NCBI GenBank assembly: GCA_002104905.1
Contig: MCFE01000045.1
Span: 134,921-198,920, forward strand
Direction of reading: 5' to 3'
Source: Basidiobolus meristosporus CBS 931.73
Lineage: Eukaryota; Fungi; Basidiobolomycota
DNA length: 64,000 nucleotides
How positions within the stretch are numbered: the stretch's first letter is position 1; each line of letters begins with the position of its first letter. Shown here one piece after another: positions 23,858 through 38,455 of this stretch. Under the pieces are notes generated by a model, which saw nothing but the letters and a program-made list of their open reading frames with translations, was not told the origin of the DNA and ran no database searches. Made by a program: the position numbers and the translations under genes.

Positions 23858-26800
23858 ATGTTTGCAGAAGAGACTGACACATATTTTGAGGTGTTTTCCA
23901 CAAAGCCAGAAAGGGATTTCCCTTTGCCCACTCTGGCTAAAAAAAGAGGTATCTCTTCTCTGGCTGAGTCAGGGCACAATAAAGTAAAACAGAGAAGAGA
24001 TCTACCGTTCGATTCGGAAATTAGTCAGAGAGTCATTTTGCAAGATGAATTTTTCAAGGATCAAGAGTGTCAGGTTAACTTTGCCCCTCCATTAAACTTT
24101 CAGGTGGAGGTAGATCCCAGAGAAAAGTTAACCTTGAGCCACAAGGTAAATTTGCCACGGTTTACCACGCGTTTATACTCTGCGTGCCACTATACAACTA
24201 GCATCAAATTGCTCAATCACTTAATAGGCATATCACAAGGTAGCCACTATCGTGGATCAGCCTTATCAGCCTTTAGAGAAATACGAGTTTACCCATGCTC
24301 CGAAATTCGGCTTTAAACTTGATCCATTCCAAGATTTGGCGTGCCGTTGTGTTGAAAGGAACGAATCCGTATTAGTCAGTGCACATACCAGCGCGGGAAA
24401 AACCGTAATAGCTGAGTATGCTATTGAGCATGGTATCAGGCAGCAACAGCGGGTAATATATACCAGCCCGATCAAGGTCATAAATTCCATTGCTGAGTAT
24501 TCTATAAGAGCTTTAGTAAACAGACGTTGATTTTATACTAGGCCCTGAGTAACCAGAAATACAACGACTTTAGAGAAAAAAATACGGATGTCGGCCTTCT
24601 AACGGGTGACGTGGTACACAATGAAAGCGCGCATTGTTTAGTAATGACGACAGAGGTGGTAATTGACTTATCTCCAGCCCGCGTTCATAGTGCTTACTAA
24701 CCCGCACCAATAACTCTTAGATTCTCCGGAGTATGATTTATCAAAGTCCGGCTTCGCTAAGCGAGGTTGGCTGGGTTATTTTTGATGAGGTGCACTACAT
24801 GCAACACAGAGGTGAGGTCGCCATGTTTCACAACCCTCGCAGCCAACAGTAACCGGGGTCTTTGTAGAGCGTGGTCTGGTTTGGGAGGAGTCAATCATTC
24901 TACTTCCCAGCCACATTCGTTGCGTGTTTCTGTCTGCTACTATACCAAACGCTGCAGAATTTATTCAATGGGTATGCAAGATTCGTCAGCAGGTAAGCCT
25001 GAGTAGTATCTAGTGGTTGCAATCAAGGGCGCCCCCTTCTAACTGTCCAATTGGTGAATGCAGCCTTGTCATTTAATCCATATCGACTATCGCCCCACAC
25101 CATTACAGTACTATGTATATCCCTCTGGTGGGGACGGAATCCATATGGTGATGGATGAGAATAGACAGTTCAAGGAAGACAGCTTTGAAAGGGCACTTGC
25201 CTGTGTTGATAACGTGTTGGAGCCTGCTGTGCCCCCGAAAGCGAAGCCTGGGAAAAAAGGAAAAAGTAAGGTTATATCAGCTTTGTTCGTGAAATACCGG
25301 TGCTGATTCGCCTGTTTACAGCCCCTGCTGATATTCAGAAACTCCTGGGCATGATCATAAGCAAAAAGCAGTATCCAGCTATTACTTTCGCATTCAATCG
25401 TCGAGAAGTAGAGGCGTGCGCGTACGCTTTAAACGATTATAATCTACTTACCGAGGATGAGGTGGAGAAAGTGGAGAAAATCTTCTATAGCGGTATAGAT
25501 AGTGGGCTCAGAGCATGCGATCAAACACTATCCCAGGTTGAGCGTATGCTACCACTGCTCAGACAAGGCATTGGTTTCCACCACTCGGGGCTGCTACCAA
25601 TTTTGCGAGAGCTCATTGAGATTCTGTTCCAAGAAGGACTGATTAAGGTAGGGCGGCTTTCTTGCGAAGGTCCATTGCTCGGTAGCTACTAACCGCGGTT
25701 ATTTAGCTTTTGTTCGCCACAGAAACATTCTCGATTGGGTTGAATATGCCGGCAAAAACTGTGATTTTTTCCTCGATTCGAAAGTATGATGGGGTTTCCA
25801 ATCGTTGGGTTAGTTATATAGTTCAACCCGCAAACCAGCCCCGGGGCTCACAAACCCTCTCATTTGTAGCTCACTCCTGGTGAATTCATCCAGATGAGTG
25901 GCCGTGCGGGAAGACGAGGGGTTGACGATCGTGGGGTAGTAATTATGCTTTTAGATACCAAGATTCCGCCCGAAGCGGCAAGGGAAATGCTTGAAGTAGG
26001 TGCAAGCCCGTTATTCATGCAACCAGCAAGATACTGATCGACATCTAGGGAGAGGCACCCCCACTGAATTCAGCTTTTCATCTAACGTATACAACCATTC
26101 TCAACCTCATGCGATCCAACACTATCCAACCGGAGTCTATATTGGAGCAATCCTTTTATTGGTTCCAAAACAGCATTCGCCAACCAGAGCTGACCAAAGG
26201 TTAGTGTGACTTTTCGGATCGATTGTGGTGACATTCGCTGATTAGGGTATCGTTGCAGAGCTTCAGAAACTGTCACAAGAATACGAGTCCACCCAGTTGA
26301 CTGAGCCCCACAACATCGCCCAGTACTTTGAGGTTCGCCAGAAGCTCGACCAGTATGCAGGCGATCTAAGGAAAATCATGTACCACCCTGTCTACGTCAA
26401 GAAGTTTATTCAAAAAGGTCGCTTGGTGAGAGTGGAGTACAAAGGGCGCGCTCTAGGCTGGGGGTGCTTGACGCGTGCACTTGGCTATCCTCAGGCCAAA
26501 GGAAAGGTATGCTTATGATGGTTCCATTGAAGAAACTCGTGATCTCACGAGTTCCCTATTGTAGAGCTCAAAGGAGCAGATCGTTGACCCATATGACTTC
26601 AAGAGAAGCTCATTGTATATTGTTGAAGTATTGATATATTGTGCTGCTGGGACCGTTATTACATTGGATCCCAATTTTTGTGCCACTCACGTAGAGCCAT
26701 GTCCTCCAGGGGAAAATGGCGTAATGATCCCAGTATCCCTACCCTTATCTGCTCTGATAGAAGTCAGTTCTCTTCGCATTTTTTTGCCAAAGGAGTTGGA

Positions 26801-28115
26801 TTCGAAGCCAGCGCAAGGCCGTAATACTGTATACACCTATCTAAAAGTATGTCGATTCGCTGATCGTTTCATCCTCGAGGCATCAATAACATGTACCTTC
26901 ACTTGCCTAGAACCTGGAATCCCGGTTTCCTGACGGCTTTCCATTGCTCGATCCTGTTGGAGATTTGAATGTCCCAGAGCAAGATATTGTACACCTCGTC
27001 AAGGTACTTTTACCATCAAGAGATGCTCTACAGCTGTGTTATTCACGATCTTGTTGTTAGAAAATCGAGGAGCTTGAGAATGTACTGTATTCGAATGCTC
27101 TTGTGAACGACCCTCGACTCCCCGAGTTATACAATAGCTACGCCCACAGCAAACTATTGCAGAGGAAAATCCGGGAAGTCAAGAACGAGCTCAAGCGTGC
27201 ACAATCTGTTATAGAGTTGAAATTAATGAAATCCCGTAAACAAGTATTACAAAGGTAAACATGCTCCTCACTGTAAAGTTTGAGCACATGTACCTAACAA
27301 TACCTCAGGCTAGATTATATCAAAGACGATTGTGTTTCCCCCAAGGGGCAAGCAGCCTGTGCCATCCAATCGGGCCACGAGCTCGTGTTAACTGAAATGA
27401 TATATAGCGCGACCTTCCAACAACTCGAACCTGAGCAAATTGCTGCGCTGTGTAGTTGCTTTATATTCACATCTCAAGTGCGTTTTTATCACTGTCGTTG
27501 TACCAGCGATGGCAGTTTAGCTAACCATACAACAGCCCATAGAGCCACCGAAACTCCGTAAGGAACTAGCCGATGCCCTGGGTAAACTGAAGGTAGAGAC
27601 TTGTGCGATCCTCCCAAGTTACAATGTTGATCTTCTCACTGTTGTTCGATGTAGCTTTGTGCAAGGGTGGTGATTGAGGCCTCGGAGAAAGCCCATCTCA
27701 CTGTCGAAGAGAGCGAATATCGATACGCAGAATACGATGGATACATGGATATCGTGTATGAATGGTGCAAGGTAAATAGCTTAAATCTGTATCGACCGGG
27801 ACAGCGTTCTCAACGTCCTGATAATCAGGGGGCTACTCTGGCTGAGATCATGGCGAAGCCAGATCGCGGCTTCGAAGGAGATATCATCAGAGGGCTCCGA
27901 AGGCTGTTAGAACTGATGCAGGAGCTCTCCACAGTAGCCAAGGTGATAGGAAATCATCCATTAGAAGAGAAGTTCGAAAAAGGTTGTTTATTATAGTTCA
28001 TTTGAGCTTGGTGAGATGCTCGTCAAGTGCGGTTTGTTCATAACCTCTCTTTTGTTTAGCTTCAGCGTTAATTCAGCGAGATATTGTATCCGCCGCAAGT
28101 TTGTACATAGAATGA
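23858..28115 (+). CDS. Ski2-family DExH RNA helicase, Mtr4-like, many introns
   Basis: [44 protein letters not shown] and [10 protein letters not shown] motifs, an arch/KOW region, and the C-terminus [10 protein letters not shown]. Confidence 0.9.
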
Positions 28116-28188
28116 TCCAGGTTTGTGTTGTTCGAGCCTTGATATTTCCCAATTATAAAAAATAAATTGGTTGGAGTTTATTGAATGG

Positions 28189-30357
28189 TTTATGGTTTCC
28201 AAAGGTGAACCTTGCCATCATCCGTGTAAACGGCCAGAATATTAGAAAACGGATGATGCACAACGCCTATCACCTCGGCTTCGGTTAGCTTGAACATAAA
28301 CGAGTTGATTAGTAACTAAGGATGGAGGGTTAGGGTGCAATCATCCTACCTTAATGGTGGATAGTAGTTTGCCACTTTCTAAATTGAAGCTATAGAGCTG
28401 TGAGTCTTCACCAACGCAATACAAAATCTCCGCTTTGGGCGAAAGAGTGATGCTGGCGAACTCGGTGCGTATGGATTCGTCGGTTAACTTTCTCAGAATC
28501 TGTGCGTCCGGTATTAGATACATCTTTCATTTGGATTAGCTATGCCTAGCACCTACCCGTCCTTTGGTCGACATTAGGTAAGCAGCAGACGACTTGTTGC
28601 ACATGATAAGTTGCTCAGTGGAATCTGGCACCAAGATAACGGAATTGACAGTGGGTGACCCACCAATGGTACTATTTGCTGGTGCTTCTGTAGGTGTTAC
28701 AGTGAGTAGGCACTCAGTGGTTCTGTAGTCCCAAATCTGTTGATGCAGTTGGTCAATAGTCATACTTGAAAGTGGATAGAGTTCCTAGACTCACCTTCAC
28801 TGTTCCATCACTACTCCCGCTAATAATCTTACTCATGTCTGATGAAAATGCGACAGTGTTGACAAATGAGCTGTGTCCTCTATACTCTCTCAAAGTTTTT
28901 CCGGATTTCAGACCATGGAGTCTATCATAAGCTTACTCAGTATCGAGAAGGCTGGCAGATCGTGATGCTGATATCAAGTACCTGATGGTTTGGTCAAAAC
29001 TTCCAGTAATTATTTGACTACCGTCTTTCGAGAAGCAGACCGAAGTAACGCCTTGGGCGTGAGCAGGTGTAAACTTTCGAATGCATTGACCACTGTGTAC
29101 TTTCCAAATCTACAATAAGTACGCTTTCAGTATTCTGGATGATGCTGTTATTTATGGTGCTTGGGTACCTTGACTTTTCCATCTTGCGAGCCGGAAGCAA
29201 GCAAATCACTGGTTCTACTAAAAGCTAGGCAAAGTACAGCGTCCTCCATCAACATCAGCTTGTCTTCAGCCTGATATTTCAGGTCTTTTCTTAACTTTGC
29301 TGTAAGATAGTTCCACACTTCGATAAATCCATCCACACTACCAGTTACCATGTATTGACCATCCGGTGAGAACGCAACACATTCCGCATGTTGCTTTTTA
29401 GGAAATTTGATGGTATTATAGCATTTGGATGGTACAGCATCTTCCTCGGATTGTACCGTAGGAACTTTTCCCTGGAATAAGTCGTAGCTCACGTCGGGGG
29501 GAAGCAACCCTTGATGCTGTTGCCATTTGACTGCCTGCCCAAGTAGTGTAAGCAATCGTGAAGGCGGAACGACAGTAACTTCCGATGAAAGTGCTTCTCA
29601 AGAACTGATGAATTAGCATTAAATTAAGAAACTAAATCAGATATGACTGCTACCTTTCGCGATAGCCTGGCGTCTCTTCTCTTTGCTCGAATCCCCTGGA
29701 TATGCCTTATTTGATGGGGTCAACTTACCAAGCCATCCTTTGGAATGAAGAAAGAAGCATACCTCTTTAGGGTCGAAGAAAGTACGCGACAGAAGCTGCT
29801 CTAATGCAAGATATCTGTCCGGAAATTTGTCACGTAAAACAAACATAGGGTCGGTCTGCCTCAACAGTGTTCTTGCTGCGCCTAATTCACGCATTTCAAT
29901 CAACTCTATGATAATCTAAGATATCATTTTGACGTAAAGTTTGTTGTTCGTAAGCGGGGTTCCAAATCGGTATCTCAGGAATATAGATCAGCCTACCTGC
30001 TCATATAGATCTACAAGTTTTCCCTGAGGTATACGTATTTGACCTACGGTCTTCAAAACCGAATCCCACCGCCCTTCTTCGATCTCTTTGGAAAACGCGT
30101 CAATGTTCTCGACTGTATTTAACACGACTGAGCTTTCATCCTTCAAGTAAATGGTTTAGTCAGATTCTTCTTGGCCTTTAGAGCTTGCTACAAAATTGAT
30201 TACTTGCAAAGCCTTTAGCGCATTTGGTAAATTGTTTTCTTTCAAAAATTGCTGTATTAGACGTATGACACTACAGAGGAAGGCAGCTTAATGTTGAGTA
30301 CGAAATATACCCTCTCATAGAAAGTACTTACTCAGTGGACTCTATTTCTAACGACAT
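28189..30357 (-). CDS. SMU1: WD40 spliceosomal protein Smu1, many introns
   Basis: [22 protein letters not shown] LisH start, [38 protein letters not shown]...[11 protein letters not shown]; ends LWKP*. Confidence 0.93.
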
Positions 30358-31089
30358 GACTGATTTCCCTGTAAAAATGGCCGAGATACACTAAGCCTAC
30401 TTTCGGTCGTACTAGCAATTGTCTTATCATTTAGACAGGATTTTTTTAGCATTGATCGCTTCAATAAACAGTAACTATTCGCTTGTAAATATTAACCAAA
30501 TTGAGATAATAATCACCATATCTTGAAAGCTCGGTTGTGAATAAGATATTCGGCTAGGTGTACATTAAATCATGCAAGCCACTGCATCATTAGGAACTGT
30601 AGAATGTTACAACCGAGGTCCCCTCTCTAAAGTAGCCTTCGAAATTTCCATAGATCCATTGTATTCTGGGTTGATGAATACCACAGCGAAGCTAGAGTAA
30701 TGTGTGTATTGTATGCCTTAGTGATGGTCAGAGTTTGCCTCTGGAGATATACGTTATTGAGTATCGGACGATAATCAACCCCTTGGAGAATCGCATTGGA
30801 CAATCTTTATTGTATTTTGGCCATTGATTGTATGCTCTATGCAGCCTTGGTTCTTATATAAGCTGGAATTCTATAACCAACCACAGCGAAGATTCATTTT
30901 CTTTACGAACTCAAGGCTCCATCTTTGCCATAAACTACTCTTCCCTGGCGTAAAATAGATCTAAGTGGTACTGGATACCTCAAGTGGGAAGCCTCAAACC
31001 ATTTGACAAACTGATTTAACGGATCATATCGAACTGTGCATTACAGCAATCCACTAGATACCCTCTTTACCCATCAATTTTGAGCAAAC

Positions 31090-33293
31090 ATGCTTGCTTC
31101 AAACGAATTCCCTACAATGCAAAGTGTGAGAAAGGTTCACATGGATCAGACTTTGAAAAAACTGGTAGGTATTGGCGCACCCCACCTCAAGAAAGCTCTA
31201 TCGAAACAGGGGGCGCCAGTGATAAGTAGATCGCGATCTAGCGGGAGAACACGACTCCCTTCATCTACAAAAATGGCAGATAGAAAAATCGATAGCCGGG
31301 CTAAGCCAACTCGATACTCTCATTTTCCAGGCCAGGCAGATAACAACCAGAAGCAACCAAGTGCCCGAAGGAAACAGCGTTCGAGTGTTCTGTATTCATT
31401 TGAGGGGGGCATATGTACTGGGTATCCTCCACGCCTTCCACCTTCGAATCCAGGCGCCGATTCAAGACGCAAAGGTGATCGGGTGCACTCAGAAAAGCGG
31501 AAAAGTGAGATATCGCGACGTCATGTATCTGTGCCGATCACTTCCAACCATGACCGAGAAGCTAGTCAACAATATAAGGGGACATCTCAAACGGCAAAAT
31601 CAATCCCATCAGGCCCGAATATGATCGGGTCAAATGGTGAATATCGTAGGGTCAATCTACATGGTAGATGTCACTCTAACTCTGCCTCATCAGTATTACT
31701 GTCGGAAATTAGCGCTACCAAGGAAAAAGTTCCGATTCCAAGGCCACAGTCTGACTATGTCACTTCCAAACACTCGGCTAGATTTTCAAACGTAGGAGAT
31801 ACGAGACATACAACATCGTATGCGGGATTAACAAGTGCCGGTCCATTTAATAATACTACAACGATTCCACTTTCCTTGTCTCCACCTGGTACACCTTCTA
31901 TCTCTTCCATTCGTTCAAGTAGCCATTTATCTACGCTTTCTTCTAGCTCAACCACTTCCGGTGCATCCAATAACTCCTTAACTTCGACTCGTTCGTCCAG
32001 AAACATGACGGTAACCACACATAGAACATCATTAACACTGATAAATCAAGAGTCGGCTTTGTCGATGTATCGCGAAAATGCTAAAAAGACCAATAACCCC
32101 ACGGTTCAGTTGGAATTTGCCAAGTATCTGGTTGCTTGTGCAGCAGTGTTAGGTGAACCTTGCTCTACCTCGAACGATTATGGTCACTCGGCGAGGCAAA
32201 GCCCAAATAGCACAGACTCTGGTAAACCTGCAAACAAAAACTCTAAAGACCTGCTGGAAGAGGCGAACTTTTGGATTCGTAGACTACAAAAAAGTGGAGA
32301 CCCAGAGGCTACTTATATTTTGGGCACTTGGGTTGAAAACGGTCTTTATGGGTTTTCCCCAAACCCGTATAAGGCCTTTGCACTTTACAACAAATCTTCG
32401 AAACTTGGATTTGTCAAGGCAATTCACAAGGTTGCCATCTACCATGAGGCAAGAAAGGAGTATTCAAAGGCGCAGCAGTTTTTTCTGAAGGCCGCTAGTC
32501 AGGGGAGTACTAGTGCAAATTATGTACGTTGTCCAGAAACGCTCAAACCATACCAACCTCATTCTTACCCTTTTTGTGTTTATGATAGAGACTTGCCAAG
32601 GCGTATATGCATGGCGAGTTGAAACTGAAGCCCAACATTAATCAAGGGATTCTGTACCTAACTAGAGCTGTCAACAGTAATGACTCGCTGGAGTGCCCCG
32701 AAGCCTCATACATCTATGGACTAATCTTGACTGGTGCATATACGCAGGTGGATGTGTCAAGTATTCCAAAGGATGTTGGCATGGCCCATGATCTAATCGA
32801 AAAGGCCGCCGAATTGGGTTACACGCCTGCACTCTACAAACTTGGATACTCGTACGAATTCGGCGAGCTTGGTTACAAGATAGATCCAGCTAAATCGATA
32901 TTTTATTACAAACAGGGTGCAGAACGTGGCGATCCAGAATGCCAAATGGGCTTATCCGGGTGGTACCTAAGTGGGGTTCCAGGCGTCTTGGAGCCAAATG
33001 ATGATCTAGCTTATAGTTGGTGCAATCAGGCAGCATCGAAGGGTCTACCGAAAGCAGAATTCGCCATGGGCTACTATTATGAGCTAGGGGTTGGGGTTCC
33101 CAAAGATATGTCCATGGCTAACTTTTGGTATGTCCGTGCAGCATCGCATGGCAGTAAGGAAGCCCAGAGCCGCTTAGAAAGAGGGGATGAGAGCCCTCCC
33201 CATCCCATTATCGCCGGTGCCAGAGCACAGGGATTGCACAAAGAAATGAAGGATCAGAAAAAGCAGACCAAGGAAGACTGTATCGTCTCCTAA
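31090..33293 (+). CDS. Sel1-repeat protein, chitin synthase activator Chs4/Skt5-like, C-terminal CAAX box
   Basis: MYRENAKKTNNPTVQLEFAKYL, several SLR repeats, AEFAMGYYYELGVG, C-terminal CIVS*. Intron near 32524-32590. Confidence 0.85.
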
Positions 33294-33635
33294 GTTGGTA
33301 GTAATCGGAGCTGCACGACTTGCACTAGAATCCAACCAAGTAGAGGTTTTGCCATCTAATCTAAACCCAACTTCGTGTTAGATTGGCACCATTCCTGATC
33401 CAATACCAACTGGCAAGCTACGACGTTCTATTGAAGAGAGATTATGAAAGAATTCAGATCAATTCAATATATAGCTGACACTATACGAAATGTCAAAGCC
33501 CCTTTATTTTGACGTTGTCAGTACTTTTCCTTACGCGCAGTGTTTTCGATGTGCGGCGTACCATCGAAGAGATCTCAAATAAATACGTCACAAGCTTGTG
33601 TTTGTAGCAAAAAGATTATGTATCTAGATTGGATT

Positions 33636-35892
33636 TTACAATGAACCTACAAGGATGGCATTTACAAAGGAGCCTTCTTCCAAGACAGTCTTTCCATCAT
33701 CAGATGAGGGAAGCATCAGCAGGGCGTTCGCACTACGCATGCTTAGCATGCGGCTGCTTTGTTGAACTCCGGTGCTTGAGGCAACCAAGGTCATCTCATT
33801 ACCCACAAGAGTAGGGACGATAATGGCTCTGTGGTACTCAGGGCGGGTGTCCAAACGCAACGAATGTGAGATCTATTACGGAGGGCGAGGTCAGTAACCG
33901 ATTCAAGAATGTAAAATCAGCAAAATACCGACCTTGACTTTGAGGGTTGGCAGTTGTGGCCGTGAGTAGCCCAACAACTTGCGCAACGATGGCAGCACAA
34001 ATAGGTAGAAGGTTACAGTGGCAGAAACAGGGTTTCCGGGCAAAGCGAAGATCAGCTTCTTTTGCTCGGAATTTTCCGGGGTATAGGTGGCAAAAGTAGT
34101 GGGTTTTCTGCATTGGATTAATCGTCAGCACGATCCTACATGAATCAAAGTGGTTGAACTTACCCAGGCTTCATGTTCACCCGACCGAAATGTAACTGAG
34201 CCTTGAGGTCATCTTCAATGATCGACTTCATCAGGTCCAACTCACCCATGGAAACGCCGCCTGTAGAGATGATTACATCGACCTTGTCAAGTCCATCCAC
34301 CAGAGCATTCTTCAGCGTCTCTCGGCTATCCTTCACGATCCCCAAATCCAAGACCTCACAGCCAGCGGAACGGATGGCTGCAGCTAGGGTGGGTCTGTTG
34401 GAGTCTCGAATTTGGCCGTACTTTAGCTCGTTGGTTGAAGTTAGGTCAATCACCTCATTACCAGTGGAAAGGATGCCAACAACTGGTCTCTTGTACACCA
34501 ACACTTCTCTAACACCAACCGATGCCAAAATCCCAATCTCTCCTCCTACCAAGGTGATGCTGTCACCCTTCTTGAGTACCAAATCACCGGCCCGAGTATC
34601 GACTCCGATCTCGCGAATATTGGCTCCTTCGGGCACACCCTCCGAGATTTCAACAACCTGTTCCACTGAGCCGTCTTCGGATGCTTGAATTAAGGAGGTA
34701 TACTCGACCATTACTACTCCTGTGGCACCTTCCGGAACAGGCGCTCCGGTGGTTACTCGAGCAATATGGCCAGAAGTCAGTTGGATCGGAGCCTCGAGCC
34801 CGCCAGCCGTTGAGGCATCTTGAATTACTGGGAATTTTCCTGCGCCATCAGTGGCCACAACTGCATATCCATCCACAATGGAGGCCCGATATCCGGGGAC
34901 AGATTCTTTGGCGAAGATATCTTCGGCTAATGTGTAACCAATTAAGCTGGTATCGACCGGTACTTTCACAGTGGGCAATGTTTGAACATTGTCCAAAATG
35001 GTCTGGATGGCTTGATCTACAGGCTTCATTGGATATGGGGACGAACGGTCTCTAAATGCCACTGTTCGGAATAAACAGCATTAGCGAAGCCCGATCGGAG
35101 CGATAACCTGTACACATAAGGTAGATACCTGGCTTAGGTCCCTTACCACCGTGCTTATGCCCGTGTGAATGGCCGTGAGTATGATCCCGGCCACAGCTAT
35201 GGTGATGGGAGCTCTGGTGGCTATGTGTGTGACTAAACGAATCACCTTGCATCTTCTGGTGGACGCTCTTTCCACTACCTCCTGAAGCTAAATCTAACGC
35301 ATGTGGTAAGCCGCGAACAATCGCTTCTAGATTCTCAATAGCTGCCTTTGGACTGCCAGGTAGAGTGACGATAACGCTTTCTTTTCTGACCCCCGCTGTA
35401 GCACGAGACAGCATGGCCATATGAGTGATTTTTAGGGAAGAAACCATCATGGCAGTACTGATTCCAGGAGCGCTGCGATCAAACAAAGGGGAAACCGCCT
35501 TAAAACAACTCTATTAGTCTTTCGGAAGGGGGGAAGTAGCCACCTCACCACCTCACATACCTCAGGAGTTATGTCACGCTTGGCAAACCCAGTTCCACCG
35601 GTAGTCAGAATCAGGTTCAACTGAAGCTCATCGACCCATTGCCTCACAACGCTCTGGATTTTCTCGACCTCATCGGGCACACACCCTACTTGAACAACAT
35701 TCCAAGCACCAGCCTCCTCCAGGAATGCTTTGAGTTTTGGGCCACTCCGGTCTTCGTTAAGACCTTGGAAACAGGTATCACTAACTGGGGAAGAAAGGTA
35801 AGGTCACCAAAAGCCTCATGCTGCCGTGCTTTAGGGTCTATTTGGAAAATACCGGTAAGAATTCCAACAGTGTACTTCATTTTTTCACTCAT
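33636..35892 (-). CDS. Gephyrin/Cnx1-like molybdenum cofactor biosynthesis protein (MogA G-domain + MoeA E-domain)
   Basis: G-domain [18 protein letters not shown] and TLPGSPKA; E-domain [47 protein letters not shown](K)[10 protein letters not shown]. Confidence 0.93.
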
Positions 35893-38455
35893 TTGATAAG
35901 TTAAAGGCTCGAATCCTTCACCCTCCAATGGTCGCGGGCTGGTATACTTCCCGAATTTAAATCCAATACACATATCCCCTGCACACTCATGATATATATC
36001 TTACGTGGACACAAAGTAGGATCTTTTATGTTCAATCGTAAATAATGGTGCCACTTTGGTCGATTGCAATAACTTTTTCCGAATGATAACGAGTATTTGG
36101 ACTTGCAGGAGAATCCCTGGGCCAATCATCCAATCCCGGTGGATTCCCTATGTTTTCAAACCACTCGATATAACAAATACAACTAGCGGGACTTGTGCCC
36201 AGGTAGCACTGATGTTTCCACAAACCTTAGTCTGATCCATGTGGTGGTTATGGTGGCTATATGCTAATCTTTTCTCACCGCGCTATGGTAAAATCCCATA
36301 TAGAAAGTCATAACCCTAATCCATATATATGTCAGCCGTTATGTAATATGTGGCCACCTCTTCCCTCTAGCCATCTATGGATAGGCAGGCCAAGGCCCAG
36401 TGCCGTATGACAGTAGGATAGTGTCTGAGTGCACGGGAAGGATGGTCCGCATCACTGGGCAGTCAGTGGAAGCTTGCACCATCTCATGTGTCTAGACAAT
36501 GTGATCAACTGAGGAATTTCTAGAATGGCATGGAGTGAAAATCACGAGTAGTCTCAGCAGATTTAATAGTCAAGGATCCACAAGCAATCAGTCAATTTTT
36601 AATCAAAACCGTCTTGGAAAGCAATTTACAAAGCACCTATCGTCCAGCCAATCCGACACCTTCGCTTTAAGCTCATCAAGCTTATCCTGGTAGTCATATA
36701 TATATGAGTTTGGTAAATGGGGGATTGTTTACGAGTGGGAAATGTATTCTTCCCATTTGGTTGAGCTCGAATACAAAGACATCCAACAGATAACCATATT
36801 GGTGAATCAAGGCTTTGAACAATCGCCAATTCCCGCCTTTTATTCGGGGCGAATTCCCTGTTCCCACCATTCCCATCACAAATACGTGCTAATCTCTAAG
36901 TGGATTGAAACAATGGTCTTTGTATAACTTTCAATCAATATCGACGGCCCAATCACCGCGGCGGACTGTTCCACAGCGACTATTCTACTTCGCTCCGTTG
37001 TTGAATGATCTTCGCCATGAATAGGGAATGCTCTACTGTAGTAGGAAGGTTTACCAGACGCCAAGATGCTTATCTTGACTCGTTCCAATGGATAATCACT
37101 TGGTGATTCATGGTCAATGAATCTGAAACATCGCAATGAAGGTTCGATATCTCGACCAATCGTGGGAAGCTCCGTGCATGATTGGCCGCAAAAATAGAAT
37201 GGCACCTGGATATTCTAAGAGCTTCCAATTTCCGATTATTAAGGCGGTGTTAGGGCTAGGGCTTGGGTTCGGCCTAGGGTGCTGACTACCCGCCCCCACA
37301 TTTCCAATCCAGCCGCGAAAATCCACTGAGCTCTGCAGCTCACTCCACTTGTCTGCGTCGAACGATGCTGATCTGGCGACTCACCTGCCAGCAAGGTGCC
37401 TTCATCCCTCACCGCTGCTCGAGGTATGCTGATCGGATGATGCGGCTAAAATAGGAAAGTCTAAATTCTGCCTCAGGAACCACACAACGTTTTCTGAGGA
37501 TCTAGAAGTGAGGGTATGATTTGTGTTCCAAACCCAAACACCTTGATCCAAGGGTCTCACATGCAAGATAATATCTAACCAAACCCATCCACCCACCCGA
37601 CGAGCGGAGTTCATTCTCCGGGTACACATGGCAGACTCGAGCCCCCGCCCCAACCTCGACAAAGCAGCGACGGTGAAGCTTCTTGAACAAAGGAGGGATG
37701 AAAAAGGAGGATTCGAGACTTTCATCTAACTAAATCTCCCGTGCTTCACCAGCAAGCCGATATCAAATCCCTATTGCAAGTAGACTAGCGAAATCAATTA
37801 ATTTGGTTAGCAAGCTCATTGAAGCGGATTTTGGAAGTTTCGGTTCCATTAATAATATCCAATTGATGCAAGGAATCTCTGCCTCTCTTGCCCAAAATTG
37901 GCTGTCACTAGGGATAGTACTGCATATGCTGCATTCATTGTACTTAAACCGTTTTCCTACCGTGAATAAATTAACTCACCCGGGGGGCTCGAAGCTCCGA
38001 GTTAGGTCGGGAATAAGGGCTAGTGCGGATTTCTTGGCCTTGTAGCGACCGACTAAATCAATTATATAAACTTTGCCGGTTGCTGAGCCAAGCTCACTCG
38101 CTCCTACTTTATCTATCTGTTTTTTCTTTTTCTGTTACCGCATCTTTTTTTGATATTTTTGAACTCAGGGCCATTGGTACTTTTCCATTGTTCTATACTT
38201 ATCTTCCACTTACAACTCAGCACAACTTATACCTATCTTGATATCTCTACCTTGGCGTTACTCTATTCTATTTTGAAAGCTATACAGTCTAGTATACACC
38301 ACACTTCCCGATATTTCCTGCAAGTTTCCTGATGAACTGTATTGCGGATTGAGTGAACGAACGACCTATTTTCTACGAATCCTCTTCTCCCTGATTACCC
38401 CTATTCTCTATTCTACTCATAGACAAATATTCCCTTGGTCTTCTAACCAACAAAC

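Noticed and set aside
35901-37725. Chain of short minus-strand ORFs between gephyrin and the C2H2 gene
   Set aside because: Some stretches look protein-like, but I could not build a splice model or name a family. Could be a decayed gene.
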